DNA of 51,245 bases from an archaeon (GTDB taxonomy: Archaea > Iainarchaeota > Iainarchaeia > Iainarchaeales > 1-14-0-10-31-34), in assembly GCA_043815885.1 (NCBI GenBank), contig JBDRIL010000060.1, positions 1-51,245 of the forward strand, in the 5' to 3' direction. The position numbers and the translations under genes were made by a program. This document shows positions 39,162 to 48,881 of the stretch, piece by piece. Position 1 is the first letter of the stretch. The number at the start of each line of letters is the position of its first letter. The notes under the pieces are model-generated. The model was not told where the DNA came from and did not search any database. It worked only from the letters and a program-made list of their open reading frames with translations.

Positions 39162-40097
39162 ATGGCGCAAGGAAAGGGTTTTGGGAAGACGATTTTGTTT
39201 GGAGAGCATTTTGTGGTTTATGGTTTGCCGGCGATTGCTGCTGCATTGAGTAATTATACTGTTGCAGAGGTTGAAGAGGGAAAGGAAGGATTGGAGATAA
39301 TTGATGAAAGACCTGCAACAGAGGGATACAAGAAAACAAAGAAAGGGGAGAGAAACAGGGCATTAGAGTTAATGCTGAAATACTTAAAGATTGATTTGAA
39401 GGAGACTCCTTTAAAGATAAGGCTTTCTGGAAATCTTTTCTGTGCTTCAGGGATTGGGGCAAGTGCTGCAATGGCTACAGGCATTGCAAGAGCATTAAAT
39501 GAATACTTTGAATTTGGATTGAGTGAAGAGCAAATAAATGATGTTTCTTTTGAAGGAGAAAAGGGTTCTGCTGGAACTCCAAGCGGGATAGATAATACGT
39601 GCGCGACTTTTGGGGGATTGCTGGTTTTTGAAAAGAATATGATAGGAGGGAAAAACAAGATTGAGAGACTGAGAGTAGAGAAGCCAGTGGAAATCGTTCT
39701 GGCTAATTCCGGTATAACACAGGAAACAAAAGTAGTGGTTGGGGATGTAAGGGCGTTAAAGGAAGAAATGCCGGAAGAATTTGAGGAAATATTTAAGGAA
39801 TACAGAAGGGTTTTTGATGAAGCGCTAAATGCATTAAAGGAAAATGATTGGAGGAAGTTAGGAGAACTAATGAATAAAAACCAGGAATTACTGCAGAAAA
39901 TAACTGTTTCATGCAGGGAATTGGATGAAATGCAGAAGACTGCATTAGAGGCAGGAGCATTTGGAGCAAAACTGACTGGAACAGGAAGAGGAGGATTATT
40001 GATTGCTTTAACTCCTGGAAGAGAATTGCAGGAGAAGGTAGCGAAAGCGCTGGAAGGAAAAGGATTTTCCTGCCAGAAAACAGAGATAGGTGTGTGA
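39162..40097 (+). CDS. mvk: Mevalonate kinase
   Basis: 'GK.ILFGEHFVVYG', 'SGIGASAA', 'PSGIDN', 'GAKLTGTG.GG'. Confidence 0.95.
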   Translation: MAQGKGFGKTILFGEHFVVYGLPAIAAALSNYTVAEVEEGKEGLEIIDERPATEGYKKTKKGERNRALELMLKYLKIDLKETPLKIRLSGNLFCASGIGASAAMATGIARALNEYFEFGLSEEQINDVSFEGEKGSAGTPSGIDNTCATFGGLLVFEKNMIGGKNKIERLRVEKPVEIVLANSGITQETKVVVGDVRALKEEMPEEFEEIFKEYRRVFDEALNALKENDWRKLGELMNKNQELLQKITVSCRELDEMQKTALEAGAFGAKLTGTGRGGLLIALTPGRELQEKVAKALEGKGFSCQKTEIGV

Positions 40098-40652
40098 ATG
40101 AAAAAAATAATTGTCGCAATCTGCGGGGCGTCAGGAGTGGGATACGGAATAGAATTACTTAAGGCATTGAAGGAAGTAAAGATAGAAACGCATTTGATTC
40201 TATCTGAATGGAGCGAGAAATTAATTCAAGAAGAAACTGATTACAGCATAAAAGAAGTGAAAGCTCTTGCTGATAGGGTTTATGGTTATAATGAAATGAA
40301 TGCTGCAATAAGCAGTTCGAGTTATCTGGTTGAAGGAATGATTGTTTGTCCTGCAACAGTGAAAACAGTCTCAGAGATAGCTCATGCTGACTCCAGTAAT
40401 TTAATAAGCAGGGCAGCAGACAACATGCTTAAAACAAAGAAACCATTAATTATTTGCATCAGGGAAACTCCTTTAAGTCCTCCCTGCCTGAAAAACCTTT
40501 TTGAGTTAAGCTCTTATGGAGCAATAGTATTTCCATTAAGCCCTGGGTTCTACCACAAGCCAAAAAGCATAAAGGATTTAATGGATTTTGCAACAGGAAA
40601 GATAATGGATTTAATGGGAATTGAGAATAAGAAGTTTAAAAGGTGGAGTTGA
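40098..40652 (+). CDS. ubiX: Flavin prenyltransferase UbiX
   Basis: 'GASG', 'NLISRAAD', 'RETP', 'PGFYH.P'. Confidence 0.93.
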   Translation: MKKIIVAICGASGVGYGIELLKALKEVKIETHLILSEWSEKLIQEETDYSIKEVKALADRVYGYNEMNAAISSSSYLVEGMIVCPATVKTVSEIAHADSSNLISRAADNMLKTKKPLIICIRETPLSPPCLKNLFELSSYGAIVFPLSPGFYHKPKSIKDLMDFATGKIMDLMGIENKKFKRWS

Positions 40653-41953
40653 TGGGTTTAAGGGAATATATTGAAGCTCTGGAAAAAAAAGACGGATTGG
40701 TGAAGTTATCAAAGCCTGTTTCAAAGAAATTAGAGGCAGCAGCAATACTGAATGAACTGAATGAAAAACCAGTTTTATTTGAAAAAATCAAGGAAAGCAA
40801 ATTCAGGGTTGTAGGGAATCTGTTTGGGACAAAGGATGCAATTGCTGATTATTTTGGAATAAAGCCAAATGAACTGATTCCAAAGATGGTTAATGCAATT
40901 GAGAATCCATCCAAACCAGAAATTATTAAGAAAGCTGCGTGCCAGGAAGAAGAAATGGAAGTGGATTTGGATAAAGTTCCGATACTATTTCACTGCTCAA
41001 AGGATGGGGGAAACTATATAAGCAGCGGAGTATTGATTACAAAAGATAAAGAGGGAGTGCAGAATGTTGATTTCCATAGATGCATGCAGATAGGAAAAAA
41101 CAAGTTCAGTGTAAGGATTGTAAGGAAAAGGCATTTTGATCAATTACTGAATAAACAAAAAGAGCTTCCAGTTGCAGTGTGTGTTGGAAACACTCCAAAT
41201 GTATTGCTTGCTGCTGCAACAAGTGTTGAATTCGGGAGAAATGAATTAGAAATAGCCAATACACTGGAAGCATTGAAAGTGGTTAAGGCAAAGACATTTG
41301 ATGGAATGATTCCAGCAGAAAGTGAATTTGTTCTGGAGGGAGTGGTGAGACTTGAAGAAAAGGCAAATGAAGGGCCATTTGTGGATTTAACTGAAACCTA
41401 TGATATTGTAAGGCAGGAACCGGTATTTGAAGTAAAAAAAATAACCCACAGAAAGAATGCATTATGGCAGGCACTGCTTCCGGGAAAACTGGAACACAAG
41501 ATATTGATGGGAATGCCAAGAGAACCCACAATTTTTAAGGAAGTGAATGATGCAGGAGTAAAGTGTCTGGATGTAAATGTAAATCCAGGAGGTTGCAGCT
41601 GGCTGCATGCAATAGTAAAGATAGATAAAATACAGGAAGACGATGGAAAAAGGACTATAGAGGCCGCATTTAAAGGGCATAAAAGCTGCAAGCACGTGTT
41701 TGTAGTGGATAAGGATATTGATATTTATGATTCACTGGAAGTGGAATGGGCAATGGCAACAAGATTCCAGGCAGAAGTGGATTTCATAATGAAGGACAAT
41801 GAAAAAGGAAGCAGCCTTGATCCAAGCGCTGACCCGGAGACACATTTCACTACTAAATGCGGTTTTGATTTAACCAAGCCATTAGTAGTAAAAGGAAAGA
41901 ACTTTGAGAAGGCTGAATTCCCAAAAGTTAATTTAAAGAAGTTTTTGGAGTGA
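40652..41953 (+). CDS. UbiD-family decarboxylase (likely anhydromevalonate phosphate decarboxylase)
   Basis: 'D.G.YI', 'EGPF.D.T', 'VD.DID', 'VEWA.ATR', 'SSLDPS'; mevalonate operon context. Confidence 0.9.
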   Translation: MGLREYIEALEKKDGLVKLSKPVSKKLEAAAILNELNEKPVLFEKIKESKFRVVGNLFGTKDAIADYFGIKPNELIPKMVNAIENPSKPEIIKKAACQEEEMEVDLDKVPILFHCSKDGGNYISSGVLITKDKEGVQNVDFHRCMQIGKNKFSVRIVRKRHFDQLLNKQKELPVAVCVGNTPNVLLAAATSVEFGRNELEIANTLEALKVVKAKTFDGMIPAESEFVLEGVVRLEEKANEGPFVDLTETYDIVRQEPVFEVKKITHRKNALWQALLPGKLEHKILMGMPREPTIFKEVNDAGVKCLDVNVNPGGCSWLHAIVKIDKIQEDDGKRTIEAAFKGHKSCKHVFVVDKDIDIYDSLEVEWAMATRFQAEVDFIMKDNEKGSSLDPSADPETHFTTKCGFDLTKPLVVKGKNFEKAEFPKVNLKKFLE

Positions 41954-43131
41954 GAAAAGTGGAGTTAACAAAAGAAGAAAAGGAAATGCTTGAAGGAAAG
42001 AAAGGGAATGCAGTAAAGAAGAGCATGGAGATACTGGTTGCATTGGGAGAGATTTTTGGGGCAGAAAAATTGATTGATGTAAAGAGCGTGCAGATTGCGG
42101 GAGTGAGTTATGATAATTTAGGGGATGCAGGATTGGAATTTCTGGAAGAAATGGCAAAGGATGGAAAGGTAAAGGTATTTACTACATTGAATCCAGCAGG
42201 AATGGATTTAGAGAACTGGAAGGAATTAGGGATAAGCGAAGAATTTGCAGTAAAACAGAAGATGGTTATTGATGCATTTGCAAAGATGGGAGTCCTTACA
42301 ACCTGTACGTGTACTCCTTATTTTGTTGGAAACAAGCCTTCTCTTGGAGAGCATATTGCCTGGAGTGAAAGTTCTGCTGTGGCGTTTGCAAACTCTGTGT
42401 TGGGGGCAAGGACTAACAGGGAAGGTGGTCCTTCAGCACTGGCTGCTGCATTAACTGGAAAGACTCCTGAATATGGATATCATTTGGATGAAAAAAGAAA
42501 GCCAGTAGTTACAGTGGAAGTGAAAACTGAATTAAGGAATGTAGTTGATTTTGGGGCATTGGGTTTTGTTATTGGAAAAAGGATTGGAAACAAGGTTTCC
42601 TTCATTAAGGGAATTCCTAAAGCAAGTATTGAAGAATTAAAGAGTTTTGGCGCGAGTATTGCAACCTATGGCGGAACCGCACTCTATCATATGGAGGGAA
42701 TTACCCCGGAAAAAGCAGAAGAGGCAGAGGAAAGGATTGAGGTAAATGCAGAAGACATTGAGGATGCAAAAAAGGAATTGAGTGATGGCAGTGAAGTGGA
42801 TTTTGTTGCAATCGGCTGCCCTCACTGCAGTATTAAGGAAATAGAGAGATTGGCGGAACTGCTTAAAGGAAAGAAAGTGAAAAAGGAAACATGGATTGCG
42901 GTTGCAAGGCCAGTAAAAGAAGAGGCAGAAAAGAAAGGATGGGTTAAGGTGATTGAGGAATCAGGAGCAAAGTTTGCTGCAGATACTTGTTTTGTGGTTG
43001 CACCAATAAAAGGAAGATTTAAGTGCATGGCAACTGATTCAGCAAAAGGAGTGTTTTATGCAAGGGGAAAAAACAAGTTCAAGACAGTTATTGCCCCAGT
43101 AGAAAAATTAATTGAAATTGCAACGAGTTGA
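41950..43131 (+). CDS. Aconitase X large subunit (phosphomevalonate dehydratase)
   Basis: 'TCTCTPY', 'WSESSA', 'GARTNREG', 'IGCPHCS', 'DTC'. Confidence 0.92.
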   Translation: MRKVELTKEEKEMLEGKKGNAVKKSMEILVALGEIFGAEKLIDVKSVQIAGVSYDNLGDAGLEFLEEMAKDGKVKVFTTLNPAGMDLENWKELGISEEFAVKQKMVIDAFAKMGVLTTCTCTPYFVGNKPSLGEHIAWSESSAVAFANSVLGARTNREGGPSALAAALTGKTPEYGYHLDEKRKPVVTVEVKTELRNVVDFGALGFVIGKRIGNKVSFIKGIPKASIEELKSFGASIATYGGTALYHMEGITPEKAEEAEERIEVNAEDIEDAKKELSDGSEVDFVAIGCPHCSIKEIERLAELLKGKKVKKETWIAVARPVKEEAEKKGWVKVIEESGAKFAADTCFVVAPIKGRFKCMATDSAKGVFYARGKNKFKTVIAPVEKLIEIATS

Positions 43132-43135
43132 TTTA

Positions 43136-43528
43136 ATGGAATTGAAGGGAAGAAAGATTTTTGGAGGAAGAGGGGAAGGAAAGGCAATTGTTTCAAGTGA
43201 AGGGATTTCTTTTTATGGGGGAGTAGATCCTGACACTGGGATAGTTGCTGAGGCAGGGCATCCATTGGAAGGAAAGAGTATTGCTGGAAAGATACTGGTT
43301 TTTCCCCAGGGGAAGGGTTCAACTGTAGGGAGTTATACTATGTACAGACTGAAAAAAAATGGAAAGGCTCCAATAGCAATAATCAATAAGGAATGTGACA
43401 CAATAGTTGCAGTAGGAGCAATAATTTCTGGGATTCCCTGTGTGGATAAGATTGATATTGAGAAAATAAGGGACGGAGTAAAGGTAAAGGTTGATGCTGA
43501 TAAGGCAGTTATTGAAGTGAGTGAATGA
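43136..43528 (+). CDS. Aconitase X swivel subunit (phosphomevalonate dehydratase small subunit)
   Basis: 'ISF.GGVDP.TG', 'GKGSTVGSY'. Confidence 0.92.
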   Translation: MELKGRKIFGGRGEGKAIVSSEGISFYGGVDPDTGIVAEAGHPLEGKSIAGKILVFPQGKGSTVGSYTMYRLKKNGKAPIAIINKECDTIVAVGAIISGIPCVDKIDIEKIRDGVKVKVDADKAVIEVSE

Positions 43529-44325
43529 ATCTAATTATTCTTAAAATTGGTGGCGCTGTTTGTACTTTCAAGGAAGTAAATGAATTAAAGGCAAGGGAAG
43601 AAAGCATTAGAAGGATTGCAGGAGAAATAAAAGAAGCAATTGGCAAGAAAAAGTTTGGGCTTATTCTAGTGCATGGGGCGGGAGCATTTGGGCATAAGCT
43701 TGTATCTGATTATAGAATAAATAATGGATTGAAGAGTGAAATGGATTTTGAAGGATACAGGAAGACACAGGAATCAGTAAAGGGATTGGATGATATTGTT
43801 GTTGGAATTCTAAAAGAAGGCGGATTGAGAGTGGAACAGGTTATCCCTCATGAAGTGATTGTGCAGGAAAATAAGAGGATAATTGAATTTGATTTAAGTG
43901 GGGTTGAAAGAATTTTAAAGGAAAAAGGAATTCCGGTAATGTATGGAGACATGGTAAAAGATAAGGCATTGAAGGGAAGTGTGGTTAGCGGGGACAAGAT
44001 TATTGCTTTTCTTTCGAAAGAATTAAAGCCGGAAAGGATTTTGCTTGGAACAGATGTGGATGGAATTTATTCAGCTGATCCAAAGAAAAATCCAAAAGCA
44101 GAAATAATTAAAGAAATAAATGAAGATAATTACCCTGAAGTAATAAAAAAAGTAGAGGGTTCTATGGGGATAGATGTAACAAGGGGGATGAAGGGGAAAT
44201 TAGAAGAAATAAGGGAGAATTGTGAGGGAGTGGAAATAATAGTATTTAATGCATTAAAGGAAGGGAATCTGTATAAATTACTTTCAGGCGAAAAAGGTAT
44301 TGGAACAAGGATCTTTTTTGGGTGA
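43525..44325 (+). CDS. ipk: Isopentenyl phosphate kinase
   Basis: 'LKIGG', 'HGAGAFGH', 'SGD', 'DVT.GM.GK'. Confidence 0.92.
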   Translation: MNLIILKIGGAVCTFKEVNELKAREESIRRIAGEIKEAIGKKKFGLILVHGAGAFGHKLVSDYRINNGLKSEMDFEGYRKTQESVKGLDDIVVGILKEGGLRVEQVIPHEVIVQENKRIIEFDLSGVERILKEKGIPVMYGDMVKDKALKGSVVSGDKIIAFLSKELKPERILLGTDVDGIYSADPKKNPKAEIIKEINEDNYPEVIKKVEGSMGIDVTRGMKGKLEEIRENCEGVEIIVFNALKEGNLYKLLSGEKGIGTRIFFG

Positions 44326-44331
44326 GAATAA

Positions 44332-45372
44332 ATGGGCTTGACTGAAGAAAGGAAAAACGAACATATTGAGATCAGCTTGAAGGAGAACGTGCAGTTCAAG
44401 GAAAAGACTAATGGGTTTGAGGACGTGGAGCTCTGCTATGAAACACTTCCGGAGATAAACAAGAAAGAAATTGAATTGGAAAAGAGGTTTTTAGGGAAGA
44501 AATTTAATGCTCCGGTAATGGTTACAGCAATAACCGGAGGAACAAAAAAAGCAAGGGAGATAAATAAGGATATTGCCCTTGCATGCGAGAAAACAGGGAT
44601 AGGAATGGGTTTGGGAAGTATGAGGGCAATGATTGAGAAAAAAGAATTAAGTGAAACCTATTTTGTGAGGGATGTTGCTCCAGAGATATTTCTTGCAGGG
44701 AATATCGGGGTAATGCAGCTGAATGAATTCAGTGTAAAGGAAATAGAGAATGCATTGAAGGAAGTAAAGGCAGATGCAATTGCGGTTCATGTGAATGCAG
44801 CACAGGAGGCATTTCAGGAAGAAGGGGATACTAATTTTAGAGGGGCATTAGAAGCAATAAATAAATTTGCAGGAGAAAGTAATTACCCGGTGATAGTAAA
44901 AGAAGTTGGCCACGGAATAAATGCTAAAACTGCAAGAGAATTAGAGAAAACAAAAGTGAAAGCAATTGATGTGGAAGGAAGTGGTGGAACAAGCTGGATT
45001 GGAATTGATTCCCTTAGAGGGAATAAAGAAATAGGGGAAACCTACTGGGATTTTGGGATTCCGACTGCTGCTTCATTGATTGAAGTGAGGAAGAATTTCA
45101 AGAGAGAAGTAATTGCTTCTGGGGGCATAAGGAATGGAATGGAGATAGTGAAGGCACTGGTTATGGGGGCAGAGTTAGGGGGGATTGCTTTGCCTGTATT
45201 AGAGGCACAGGAGAAAGGCGGGACAGAGGGAGTAGAGAATTACTTGAACAGAATAATTGAAGAAATAAGGACAGGAATGTTTTTGGTTGGAGCAAAAAAT
45301 TTAAAGGAATTAAAAGGAAAGAAATATATTGTAAAAGGAAATTTAAGGAATTGGGTGGAAAATAAAGGATGA
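44332..45372 (+). CDS. fni: Type 2 isopentenyl-diphosphate isomerase
   Basis: 'RK.EH', 'TGG', 'H.N..QE..Q.EGD', 'KEVG.G', 'GGTSW', 'SGGIRNG'. Confidence 0.95.
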   Translation: MGLTEERKNEHIEISLKENVQFKEKTNGFEDVELCYETLPEINKKEIELEKRFLGKKFNAPVMVTAITGGTKKAREINKDIALACEKTGIGMGLGSMRAMIEKKELSETYFVRDVAPEIFLAGNIGVMQLNEFSVKEIENALKEVKADAIAVHVNAAQEAFQEEGDTNFRGALEAINKFAGESNYPVIVKEVGHGINAKTARELEKTKVKAIDVEGSGGTSWIGIDSLRGNKEIGETYWDFGIPTAASLIEVRKNFKREVIASGGIRNGMEIVKALVMGAELGGIALPVLEAQEKGGTEGVENYLNRIIEEIRTGMFLVGAKNLKELKGKKYIVKGNLRNWVENKG

Positions 45373-45398
45373 ATTATACATAACTATATAATTTTGTT

Positions 45399-46223
45399 TT
45401 ACATAAAGTCCTTCGTTTTTTTGTATTCAATTCCTGCTCTTTCGCAGAAGGCAATCATTTTTTGTCTTTGTTCACTGGTTAAGCCTTTCCAGTCCAAGAG
45501 CATGAAATCAACTTTTTCCACTGTTTTTTCAGTCATTTGATTGAAGGAGTCTTTTGTCAGGGAATCAACTGCATACTTTGAGACAATGTGTGAGAGAGCA
45601 ATATCTGTTTTTAACTGTATTTTGGTAAATTCTGGGCAATAATGTGTTCCTCCTGCTCCAATTGCTGTTTTGTATTCTTTTGCGTTTAATCTTGTTGCTT
45701 TCATTATTGCGTAAGCAAGGACTCTTGCTGCCTCTTTTTCAGTCCACTGTTTTTCAGAGCTTCCGATTTCAATGAATACAGTTGGTTTTTCCAAAAAAGG
45801 GCCGTGGTGAGAAACCTCCAGTACAACATCCCAAGGCAGTCTTGAATTTTCTGCTTCATTGAAGAGGGCGAGGAATAATAGTTTGTTGAATACTGCTGAA
45901 GTTGGAATTAGTGTGTCATCTTTCCCCCCTAGCTCGGCTTTGCCAAAGTTTCCTATTGGATGGACTGTAAAGCAGGGTTTTCCGCTATTCGATTTGTGCT
46001 TTGAAGCAAAAATAAATAAAGGAGAAGACAATTCATTCAGGTAATCCGCATGAACCTGTATTTCTTCAATAAAAACTAAATCAATTTTTCCATTGGAGTA
46101 GATTGGAAGAGAATGGAATTGCCTTTCGGTTTCCCCAAAATCAAAGTCATGAATAAGGAAGTCAGATACATTCATTCCTGCAGTGTCTTTCCTGGAAACA
46201 ATAATAGAGGGATTTGACTGCAT
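45399..46223 (-). CDS. dtdA: D-aminoacyl-tRNA deacylase (archaeal DTD2)
   Basis: 'SKH', 'TVH..GN', 'EVSHHGP', 'FIEIGS', 'GGTHY'. Confidence 0.92.
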   Translation of the reverse strand: MQSNPSIIVSRKDTAGMNVSDFLIHDFDFGETERQFHSLPIYSNGKIDLVFIEEIQVHADYLNELSSPLFIFASKHKSNSGKPCFTVHPIGNFGKAELGGKDDTLIPTSAVFNKLLFLALFNEAENSRLPWDVVLEVSHHGPFLEKPTVFIEIGSSEKQWTEKEAARVLAYAIMKATRLNAKEYKTAIGAGGTHYCPEFTKIQLKTDIALSHIVSKYAVDSLTKDSFNQMTEKTVEKVDFMLLDWKGLTSEQRQKMIAFCERAGIEYKKTKDFM

Positions 46224-46243
46224 AAAATAGGAATTAGGGCGGT

Positions 46244-46720
46244 TTACTTTTTATAACCTAACGAAATCTGGTGAAATACTTCCTCTAAATTGGAGAGAGT
46301 AGTGGAAAGGTTTTTTGTGATGTAGTGGTTGAAGGAGGCTTTTAAATCATCTCTTTCAGCGAATGGAGCGGGATTGAAGGAATAATGATTCTTTTTTCTC
46401 TGGAGTAAATCCAGTTCCTTCATTCTGTTTAAATGATAGCGTAAGAGTTTTTCTGAAATGTCTTTCTTGTACTTTGATTTAATGTGTTTCTGGAGGTCCA
46501 AAGTAGTGGGGGCAATCTTTTTTGAGAGGGTTAAATAGAATAAGGAATCCAGTACTTCCAATAAGGTTGTGCGGCTTTCGTTTTCTGAGACCAATCCAAA
46601 GGAAAGGGCAAACCATCTCAGGAGAGATCGTTTAGTCAGCTTGATGTTTGGAGGCAGGTCCATTTCCCTGATGATAAACGTCTTTCTCACGAGTTCTGCT
46701 TCGGGGAGTTCTTTTTTCAT
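46244..46720 (-). CDS. Winged-helix domain protein
   Basis: 'LRWF..S.GL' and 'LRYHLNRMKELDLL' pattern. Confidence 0.7.
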   Translation of the reverse strand: MKKELPEAELVRKTFIIREMDLPPNIKLTKRSLLRWFALSFGLVSENESRTTLLEVLDSLFYLTLSKKIAPTTLDLQKHIKSKYKKDISEKLLRYHLNRMKELDLLQRKKNHYSFNPAPFAERDDLKASFNHYITKNLSTTLSNLEEVFHQISLGYKK

Positions 46721-46840
46721 TCAAAAACCTTTGGAAAAAGATTTTTTCCTTTTCTAAAAGATAATTCTCTTAAGTTTTATTTATTGTTTTCGGTTTTGAG
46801 TAAAAAAGATTTAAAAACTGAAGCAGAGGGAAGTTATTTT

Positions 46841-47203
46841 ATGATCAGCATTAATTCTTACTTTAGTCCTTTTAGGCTTGAGCCAAGAGATAGAAAACCA
46901 GTTGAATTGGCAGTGGAATTAGTGAATAGGTATGGGAAAGAAAAGAATTTGAATGTGGAAGTTTCACTTTCAAGAGGGCTTTCATTTGATTTGGGTGGAT
47001 TCAAGGGAATAGAAAAAATGAGGATAGACGGAATGAAGCCAATGGAATCAAAGAAGATTTACTTCAGTATCTATGCAAAGCCATTCATTGAATCAGGAGA
47101 ACACCCGATACAAATAAAGGTAAAGGAGCAAATGGAGGGTTATGCAGACCCGAGATATATTGCAAAGGAATTCACTAAGAATATGGAGTTAAAGGTAAAG
47201 TAA
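46841..47203 (+). CDS. Hypothetical beta-rich protein
   Basis: ATG 46841 follows a GAGG-like SD. Confidence 0.65.
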   Translation: MISINSYFSPFRLEPRDRKPVELAVELVNRYGKEKNLNVEVSLSRGLSFDLGGFKGIEKMRIDGMKPMESKKIYFSIYAKPFIESGEHPIQIKVKEQMEGYADPRYIAKEFTKNMELKVK

Positions 47204-47214
47204 TAGAAATAGTT

Positions 47215-47412
47215 TTATTCTTCTGTCTCAGCGTTTTCTTTTTCCAGTTCCTGCTGTAATTCTTCCTTGTCTTTCTTGCTTATGCCTAGTTTGGCGAGTA
47301 TTTGTTCGTGGTCTTTTGGAGTGAGTTTATTGTACCATCCCTTCCAGTCCTTGTCTTCTGGTTTAGAGCCCGACTTTCCTTCCAGTGGTTTTTTGGGTTT
47401 TCTTTTAGGCAT
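47215..47412 (-). CDS. Small hypothetical protein
   Basis: 65-aa ORF filling the gap between neighbours. Confidence 0.6.
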   Translation of the reverse strand: MPKRKPKKPLEGKSGSKPEDKDWKGWYNKLTPKDHEQILAKLGISKKDKEELQQELEKENAETEE

Positions 47413-47572
47413 TTTGCATCCAGAAGAATTATTTTTAAATTAAATTTATAAAGCTTTCCTAGAAGTAAGAGAAAAACAGCGGTATTTAAAAGAAGTTTAA
47501 CACACTATTATATTAGCTGCTTTTTGTTAGAGAAGCTTTTTTTTAGGGGCTATGAAAAGGAGTGAGTTTTTG

Positions 47573-47725
47573 ATGAACGTATTAAATTCTGCGGAAGAAA
47601 AGTTAAGGTTGAAGTTGTTACAGGAAGAATTCACTATGAGGAAAGGACAGCCCACTGCATGGACTAAAACAAAGTATAGGCCATACGCTAATTTTAACAC
47701 TAAAAAGAAAAAGAAAGCTACTTAA
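47573..47725 (+). CDS. 50-aa basic hypothetical protein (absent from the ORF track)
   Basis: GGAGTGA SD; MNVLNSAEEKLRLKLLQEEF...KKKKKAT*. Confidence 0.5.
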   Translation: MNVLNSAEEKLRLKLLQEEFTMRKGQPTAWTKTKYRPYANFNTKKKKKAT

Positions 47726-47893
47726 TACCAAAGGACAAATTTTGTTTCTATATTTTTGCCCTTTGATAGCTATCAAAAGACGCCATATAATTATGAACCT
47801 TTTTTAATGTCTTTTGATATAAAATAAAAGAATTTAAATTAAAAAGCACTAATTTATAGTATATAGTGATATAAGTAGTAAGAGTAGAGGCAA

Positions 47894-48541
47894 ATGGATT
47901 TAAAGAAGTTAATGGAAGGAAACCAGAACCTGGTTTTATTGATTCCAAATAAACACTATCCGGATGCATTAGTGGAAATAGCGAGAGACCTGGCTGAAAG
48001 AAATGAGAGCATCTGCTATGTTAGCATAAACAAGCCAAGCGAATCAATAAAGAAGGCCTTTGTAAAAGAAGGGATAGATGAAAGTAAGTTTTACTTTATT
48101 GACTGCATTAGCAGGACTATTACCCACAAAGAAGAAGAATTAGAGGAAAAATCAAAAGAAAGAACTATTTTCATTGACGGCCCCCATTCTCTCACTCAAT
48201 TGAGTCTAGAGCTATTCAATATTATTGAAAGAGAAAAAATCGAGGGCATTTTGTTTGACTGTATTTCAACGCTGTTGATTTATAATGAAGAAAAAGACGT
48301 AATGCGATTCGTCCACCACATGATGAGCAAGATAAAAAAGACCAACACAAAAGTAATCTATCCCTATCTAAAAGAAGACACTGATTCAAAGATAGTGAAA
48401 GAAATGGGTTTATTTGCAGACAAAATAGTTGAAATGGGAGAAAAAGAAATAAAAGAAAAAGCATCCAAGAAAGAACCAATAAAAGAAGAGAAAATAAAAA
48501 AACAGCGCTTAGATTCCTTCGAGGAAATTATAATAAAGTGA
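47894..48541 (+). CDS. Degenerate KaiC/RecA-fold protein, paralogue of 22687-23385
   Basis: 'CYVSINKP', 'FIDCIS', 'P.SLT.LS', 'FDCISTLLIYN', 'FAD'. Confidence 0.75.
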   Translation: MDLKKLMEGNQNLVLLIPNKHYPDALVEIARDLAERNESICYVSINKPSESIKKAFVKEGIDESKFYFIDCISRTITHKEEELEEKSKERTIFIDGPHSLTQLSLELFNIIEREKIEGILFDCISTLLIYNEEKDVMRFVHHMMSKIKKTNTKVIYPYLKEDTDSKIVKEMGLFADKIVEMGEKEIKEKASKKEPIKEEKIKKQRLDSFEEIIIK

Positions 48542-48545
48542 GAGA

Positions 48546-48881
48546 ATGGAAGAACTAACTTTAACTTTTATTGTGGTAAGACTTTTTGCAATTTTGGTGA
48601 TTGCCCTAATCTTTTTCGTGCTTTCCCAAATATACAAAAGTTGGCCAGAAAAAGTGACAAACAAAAAAGCAAAAATTGCCGGGTGGTTTGTAATAGCCGT
48701 CTCAATGATTGTTGGTCTGTTTTTATTAATAATGGTTTTTTATTCATTTTTTGTTAACCAAGAATTTCTTTTTACTGGAATCATACTTTTAATAGTGGCT
48801 CTTTTCTGGTTGGGTTTAGCAGTATTCTTCATACTTTATTTGACTGGAAAGATAACCCCAAAAAAAATAAGTGTGAAATAA
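48546..48881 (+). CDS. Small 3-TM membrane protein
   Basis: Three hydrophobic helices. Confidence 0.7.
   Translation: MEELTLTFIVVRLFAILVIALIFFVLSQIYKSWPEKVTNKKAKIAGWFVIAVSMIVGLFLLIMVFYSFFVNQEFLFTGIILLIVALFWLGLAVFFILYLTGKITPKKISVK

Noticed and set aside
40098-41953. Ubiquinone biosynthesis or aromatic acid decarboxylation role for ubiX/ubiD
   Set aside because: Their position between mvk and acnX/ipk/fni fits the archaeal mevalonate pathway.
46721-46750. Third copy of the AAAACTTTT hairpin element (also a similar stretch at 25381-25403)
   Set aside because: Pairing is poor and the ATACC-TTC-GGTAT module is absent. It is adequately explained as a G/T-rich leader before an ATG.
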